This document shows positions 58,308-64,000 of a DNA stretch of 64,000 nucleotides, piece after piece. The DNA comes from Balanoglossus misakiensis. Taxonomy: Eukaryota; Animalia; Hemichordata. The stretch is taken from positions 7,713,846 to 7,777,845 of the forward strand of contig CM082577.2 of the NCBI GenBank assembly GCA_040954595.2. Reading direction: 5' to 3'. The notes beneath the pieces are model-generated. The model made no database searches and was not told the origin of the DNA. It saw only the letters and a list, made by a program, of their open reading frames with translations. The first letter of the stretch is position 1. Each line of letters starts with the position of its first letter. A program made the translations under genes and the position numbers.

Positions 58308-58810
58308 CAGAAGTCAGGAGTAAGTGAGACGAATAATGAAGATGTGTCGCCAGAGCGATTCAAACAAAGAATGCCCAGGAAACTACAGGCGCTTAATTTA
58401 TGCCCAAAATTCCGACGGACAGATGTGCCAGCATCCGCCTTTGCTGTATAATCTGCTGACCACTTATTACAACGTGCTGCAACAAGTATGTTTTCATGGC
58501 ACGGATTAACCGTAAAAAAACTATGCCTAATGTATTGGAATGTTTTTATGAGTAAAGATAAATTTATTAGATTGTTTTTAAAGGGTAGGTAAACACGCAA
58601 AACATTAATTGATTCAATTTTTTGATTAGAGAGTCGGTGGTTTCATTTGGCGAGACAGTTATTTGGAAGTGGGGGTTTCTAATAGTAAACTTGACTCGAT
58701 CAAGTTATGTTGATGCAAGACGATGATAAAAAGTCGGGACGCCACCTCGCCTATTTTAATTGGATATGTAAAAGTCATATCTATCTGCCAAGTGGATTTA
58801 TAAGTTGTAC

Positions 58811-59266
58811 TAGTCTCGGTTACCCAGACGCCTTTGCTCTTCCGATGCTCTCCAGAAAAGGGTCTGGGGAAATGCTATTGAAAGCTTTGTAAAACAAAAT
58901 GGCCGATGTCAGGATTTTGATCATCGCCTGATTGGCTGAGCTGTCTGTATGACCCGGGTCACTGCAATAGTTTTGACAATCGTCTACCAAAGATATTTCA
59001 TATAATTTCTCCAACAATGCTAACAGAGGACGCCTTTTGCCTTTCGCATCAACCAAGAAGTACCGGTCTCTTGATATGAAGATACGACAAATAATCACAC
59101 ATTGTCGAGAGTCAGTGACCCGGGTCATACTGACAGCTCAGCCAATCAGGCGATGATCAAAATCCTGACATCGGCCATTTTGTTTTACAAAGCTTTCAAT
59201 AGCATTTCCCCAGACCCTTTTCTGGAGAGCATCGGAAGAGCAAAGGCGTCTGGGTAACCGAGACTA
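58811..59266. mobile_element. 456-bp foldback MITE with 154-bp TIRs and 9-bp TSD (Mutator/MULE-like)
   Basis: aagttgtac|TAGTCTCGGTTACCCAGACG...CGTCTGGGTAACCGAGACTA|aagttgtac. TIRs 58811-58964 and 59113-59266 differ at one position that I could see. Confidence 0.93.
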
Positions 59267-59652
59267 AAGTTGTACGGAATAATGAACGAGACGTTACGTG
59301 GTACTGTATAACTCGCATGACCAAAGGGTGAAAAATAAGGCAAGGCGAAACAAATGAACGTCCTTGCCTTAATTTGTTGAACAAAACTGTTCTCGCGAGT
59401 CGTCCTGCGTTTAATGGCCGACCAAATCCTGTTTGTGCAAGCTGGTTGATGAATGCAGAAAAAAACCTATTGCTGGATTATTTTTCTGTAAACAAGCCTT
59501 AACCTAATTGTCTTACTTGAAAATCCAAATCCACTTACAGATGTTTATGAAACGTCATCCCCCACTGTATGTAGAATTATGCAAATTCGGTCGTGAACAG
59601 GTGGTCCGGATATATTACTCACAGTGACACTTTTACGATGTTCGAATGCAAT

Positions 59653-59670
59653 CATAGACAGTAGTCTATG
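59653..59670. mobile_element. 18-bp CATAGAC...GTCTATG micro-element or excision footprint with 7-bp TSD
   Basis: atgcaat|CATAGAC agta GTCTATG|atgcaat (TSD 59646-59652 and 59671-59677). Confidence 0.7.
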
Positions 59671-59689
59671 ATGCAATATAGCATATCAC

Positions 59690-59810
59690 GTGAAAAAACT
59701 CCAAAGTTTCGAGTGTCCACCAATAACAAGTGAGTCGCTGCTTCAAGTGTCATTGGAGGACAGCCTTCGCATTCTAAGCAAACTGGACATGACAAAAGTT
59801 CCTGGTCTTA
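59690..59810 (+). mobile_element. Possible decayed LINE ORF2 fragment
   Basis: QSFECPPITSE..VSLEDSLRILSKLDMTKVPG resembles the pre-RT segment F..IT..EV..IL..LD..KAPG of CR1/L2 LINEs; short and isolated. Confidence 0.3.
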
Positions 59811-61664
59811 CTAGGCAAGGTTGGAGGTCAGGTGGTAGGAAGAATACACCAAAAGAGGGCGCATCGCGCGCGTAGGGCAGCCTGAGTGTATCGGCAAGAG
59901 AAAGGTTAGCATCTCACACACAGCAGAGGTGGCATGACATCAGCGAAGGTAAAGCTCGAGCCAACCATGTCTGGTTTAAATCAGATTGGATTTGTGTAGA
60001 ACAAGAACTTACTGCAACAGTAGACACAATCTACTGTACATAAAATAGGCAAACCCGTCGTAAGACTTTCCTCAACTGTCCTTTATAGACATATGTTCTT
60101 TATCTTTAGGCAGGTCAATTAATTATGCAAATGCAAATTGCACAACGATTGCAACACACTGGCCGCAAAAAGTTTCCATTACATGCCTGAGATGGCAACA
60201 TGTTTGACTGTATATGTATGATGTACTATCCAGCTTGGAGAAAATACGAAAAATGCTAAAAATAATAACAGACACGTGCATCATGTGGGTTTTAGATAGC
60301 GCAGAGAACACGGACTACTATGTAATTCATCCCCGTGGCCGGACTCTCATGTGGGCAAAGTTAAACTATGACAGACCCCCCCCCCACCCCGCACCCACAG
60401 ATGTAAGGACAATTTGGGTCAAACTGGCCGATCAGGCCACGTCTACAGACAGACGTGCTGTATGTTTGCATCGGCGATGCAAATATGAATCAGGTCGGCA
60501 CGACCATGGCGGGAAATTGGCATATGTTGCGATTACAACCGCTTATGTCGCGATAAACCCGATGAATGTTTTACACAAAGATATTACTGCAATCACCACA
60601 TTTTGACATGTTGCTGATAGTTAAGTTCATCTGTCGTCTTCATCGACCGGGCAGACATGCCGTCGCGAGGAAAAGCAATACCATAGTCGGTTCTAGAAGA
60701 ATCGGTGGATTTTTGCTATGTCACTTGATCGTATTTCTTTTATCTGTAGTCTGACGCGCAGCATAATTTCTTTAAACATTTACAGAAAACAAAGACTCGG
60801 TTTTATTCTTTTCTATTCTATTATATTCTTTTAAAATATCTCTTCCAGTTTCATTCACAGTGCCAACTGCGTTATTCTCCGCGATTTTCATTATTTTCGC
60901 GGCAGTATGGCACGTACACTACCATCGTGGGATACAATTATGCCACCTATCGAGGGTCCAATAAATTACACACAGGAACCAGTATTAACTAACTTTATCA
61001 AGGACTCTTGTCAGGTTTTACAGTATTACAGCTAGCTCTCGTGAGTATCGGCTGATAATATGTACAATGCAAAAGATTTCAAGCTGACGTGGTTCCCACA
61101 GTCGCGGTTTAAAACTACGCACCGTACCACGGCAACATCACTTTTTCATTTGTCTCTCACCGCAGCATTGCCACTACACAACCGAGACTAAGGTAGGATG
61201 CTTGGAATTGTATTAGTGCTTCGATAAAATTGTATTTTTGATCTAGTGAAATTACACGAACGACGGGAGTCTGGCGCCTGGTGTTTAGCGACACTATTCA
61301 GTCAATAAGAGGAGATATGGCCCAAAAGGTCTCTACCCTCCTGAAATTTCTTTGTGTGTTTCTGAGCAAAATTCCTATATTGTCACTGGAACTCTAATAT
61401 GGTACAAAAACAGCAGCCGGCATTTTCGCTAGTGAACCAGCTGATACATGAATGAGTAAAACGTTCACGCTAATATTTATTGTCTGGTTAGAGATGAATG
61501 GCAAGAAAATACAACATTTTTCATTATGAAATGGAGAGGAAGAAAAGCTGGCTGAAAATTTTCTTCCAGCGACTTGATCGTTTCCAAGTTTTTATTTCTC
61601 ATCATGACGGTTGCAACACAACAATTACGACTGTAGATTTCTGTCCTGCCGCCAGATTTACACC

Positions 61665-63935
61665 ATGCGTCTGTTCGTCCTCTCCGTTCTGGTAGCAGTG
61701 GCTACAGCCCAGTACACTGGGCCCCTCCCGTGGGGACTGGATCGTCTCGACCAAACGAAGTTGCCTCTTGATGGCTCATACATGCCATACGGTGAGTCAT
61801 ACCTCCAATTTATCATTGAATTTCGTCTGCCATCTTGTATCTCGTGTTACAGTACCGTAACCAGTCGACACTATTTACTCGCACTTTTGTTTCGTGTGAA
61901 ATTGTCTGTTGACGTTTACCTCGTGTACTTTAAGGATAAGACATGCCTAAAAGGTGGTTTCAGGAATTGTACTTTTATCAAAGTCCTTACCCAGGCTTTA
62001 ACATCATATATTCCAGATACAGAACACAGTGTATATTTCTACAGTAGTCATGTGACACGCTTTTTTGTAGACCTTGGAAAATAAAACATTTGGTCATTGG
62101 TTTATTGGTCAAATAAAATCGTATGGTCACCGCGCTCTATTTTGAGGTAAATTTCGTTAAATGGTTTGCCCATAGACAAACCACTGGCGATGAAAAAATG
62201 CTGACTCGGCAGTTTTCGTCAAATACCGACCAAATTTACGGCCTTGCATTTCAAAAACAATCGTGGTGTCCCTTGCATTTTGTTACAGATTTTTTATGCT
62301 TGCAAAGAAAAACCAAAACTCTACAAATAAAAGAAATGGCAATGCATTGAATTTCACTGATCGTACGTCCTTAACATTATGTTTCTACATTTATTACTCT
62401 CTGGCATTGCGTATCGCCCTCTGTGGTTAGATAACAGGCAAGTAAAAGTGGCGAGTGGGCGTGTGCTCCTAACCCAACTCAGTCGCTTTTTTCGGCTTTT
62501 CGAAGTTCAGCGGTAGACTTATCTCCATGTTGACAAATAGTCTTTCACACCTTCCTAAATCACCTGCCCACAATGCTTTGAACACTGTTTATATAGTTGG
62601 GTTTGTCTGTGGACTTAATTATGTATGCATGGACCGCTAATTACACTTTACTGTCAGCAGAGTGGTACACTAGAACCTACCTGTTTTTCCATATGCAAAT
62701 ACCTTTGCCTGGCTCGAGTGCGAAGTGGCTCCCTGATCACAGGCATTAAAAAAGGTGGCAAATTCCGGCATTCGCGCACATTTTTCGGAATCGACACAAT
62801 AGGCAATGCATAGACAGGTACCCTAGGTGAGCTTTGATGGGGGGGGGGGGATGAAAACTTTTCAAAGCATGTCATAGACACTTTAAACACATTGCACGTT
62901 TCATATTAATTCAAGGTACGGGTGACGGAGACCAATCTATCGTATATGTCATGGCAACTGGTATGGAGAGAACCCACGAGAACTTTGGGCCAAGTTTCAC
63001 AAGAACCAGTCTAATCTATGATTTCCAGGGAGGCACTGTAAGTATACTATGTAACTGTTTTGTGCTGTGTGCTGGTACCCTAGTCAGAAAGACTTCCTTT
63101 GCGACTGCGATGTACATGTACCTACACTGTGCAAATTTGTGCGCGTGACGTAATGTCACATTCTAAACAAAATTTAGAGCATTTTATGGGCAGTCACGGA
63201 GCTCGTAGAAGGGGAACATTTATATCCTGTAAATAAAAAGTGTGGCGTGAAAACGATGTTCAGCGGTCCATGTGCATTGTATGGTTGCAATGGGGCAACC
63301 TCCGTGAATCAAGCATGGTGAAATACGAAAAAAAGTACACTTATAGAAATTATAGGACATGGCCTATATATTCATTTCGATTTGTATTTTACATTATTAT
63401 AATAAAATATAAATATACAAAATCAATTACCTTGACTTACCTTATCTGGCATACCTTATCATGATGAAGGGGAAAGGGTAATATTTTTGACATTTTATTA
63501 TTTTTGAATAAGCACGGTGGCCCTATATTTTTTCTTATTTGTGGATTTGGTATACAGAAATGTTTTTTTTAATATCACAACTTTTCTTTTTTCCTGAACG
63601 TACATCCCTCAAAATGATAAAGTCTGTTTCTGTGGCATAGTTGCAGGGAGATGGGCAGACAGACAGACAGACAGACAGACAGACAGGCAGACAGACACAC
63701 AGACAGATAGACTTACACCTGATCACTATTAAAAGGGTTCGTATTGTGAAAATGTGTGTCCCGACCTTCTCTATTCGTCGTTGACAGGGCGAAGACACCA
63801 ACGGTGCCGGCACTGCTTTCTCTGGTATTATCGCTGGACAGTACACAGGCGTGGCCGCAAAGACAAGACTCGGTATAGTCAGGATTAACGACGTACCAGA
63901 CACAGCTACCCTCCTTGCAGATAACGTGATCGCCG
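61665..63935 (+). CDS. Aqualysin/proteinase-K-type (S8A) subtilase homolog lacking the prodomain and catalytic Asp/His (5' three exons; continues beyond the window)
   Basis: Exons 61665-61791, 62916-63037, 63788-63935 (GT-AG, phases 1, 0, 1) give MRLFVLSVLVAVATA-QYTGPLPWGLDRLDQTKLPLDGSYMPYGTGDGDQSIVYVMATGMERTHENFGPSFTRTSLIYDFQGGTGEDTNGAGTAFSGIIAGQYTGVAAKTRLGIVRINDVPDTATLLADNVIA. This is colinear with the mature aqualysin-type motifs PWGLDRIDQ..LPL, VYVIDTG...H.EF, DCNGHGTHVAG.I..YGVAK and VIAG. Confidence 0.88.
63657..63712. repeat. (GACA)n microsatellite in subtilase intron 2
   Basis: Tetranucleotide run, possibly part of a reversed HINE-like element. Confidence 0.9.
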
Positions 63936-64000
63936 GTAAGACTCCATGAAACTATTCGAAACGTGCAGGTGGACATCGTGTTAATAATGAATTGGTATTA

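Overview
Intron-rich animal genomic DNA, not prokaryotic. Gene content and repeats suggest a marine invertebrate deuterostome, possibly a hemichordate (inference). I spliced the genes by hand using GT-AG junctions and reading-frame continuity. In order: (1) two tandem minus-strand PqaA/AprA-family secreted alpha/beta-hydrolase-like genes, one complete (15 exons, 487 aa) and one running off the left edge; (2) an intronless somatostatin/allatostatin-C-type GPCR; (3) about 20 kb with no recognisable gene, holding microsatellites, MITEs and decayed retroelement pieces; (4) a complete 14-exon SEC14L1-like gene (715 aa) with a 12-His tract and a UGA-CUAG stop; (5) a ~2.8 kb array of ~530-bp palindrome-bearing units in a Helentron/HINE-like context, ending abruptly in TTAGGG repeats; (6) an inverted, convergent pair of small secreted single-VWD (GDPH) proproteins with a probable gene-conversion tract; (7) the 5' part of an aqualysin/proteinase-K-type subtilase. 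The subtilase is the most striking object: it has no I9 prodomain, and its catalytic Asp and His are both Ala, yet frame and splice sites are intact, so it is a candidate secreted pseudoprotease. Most short ORFs in the supplied track are microsatellite, antisense-shadow or intron run-on artefacts.
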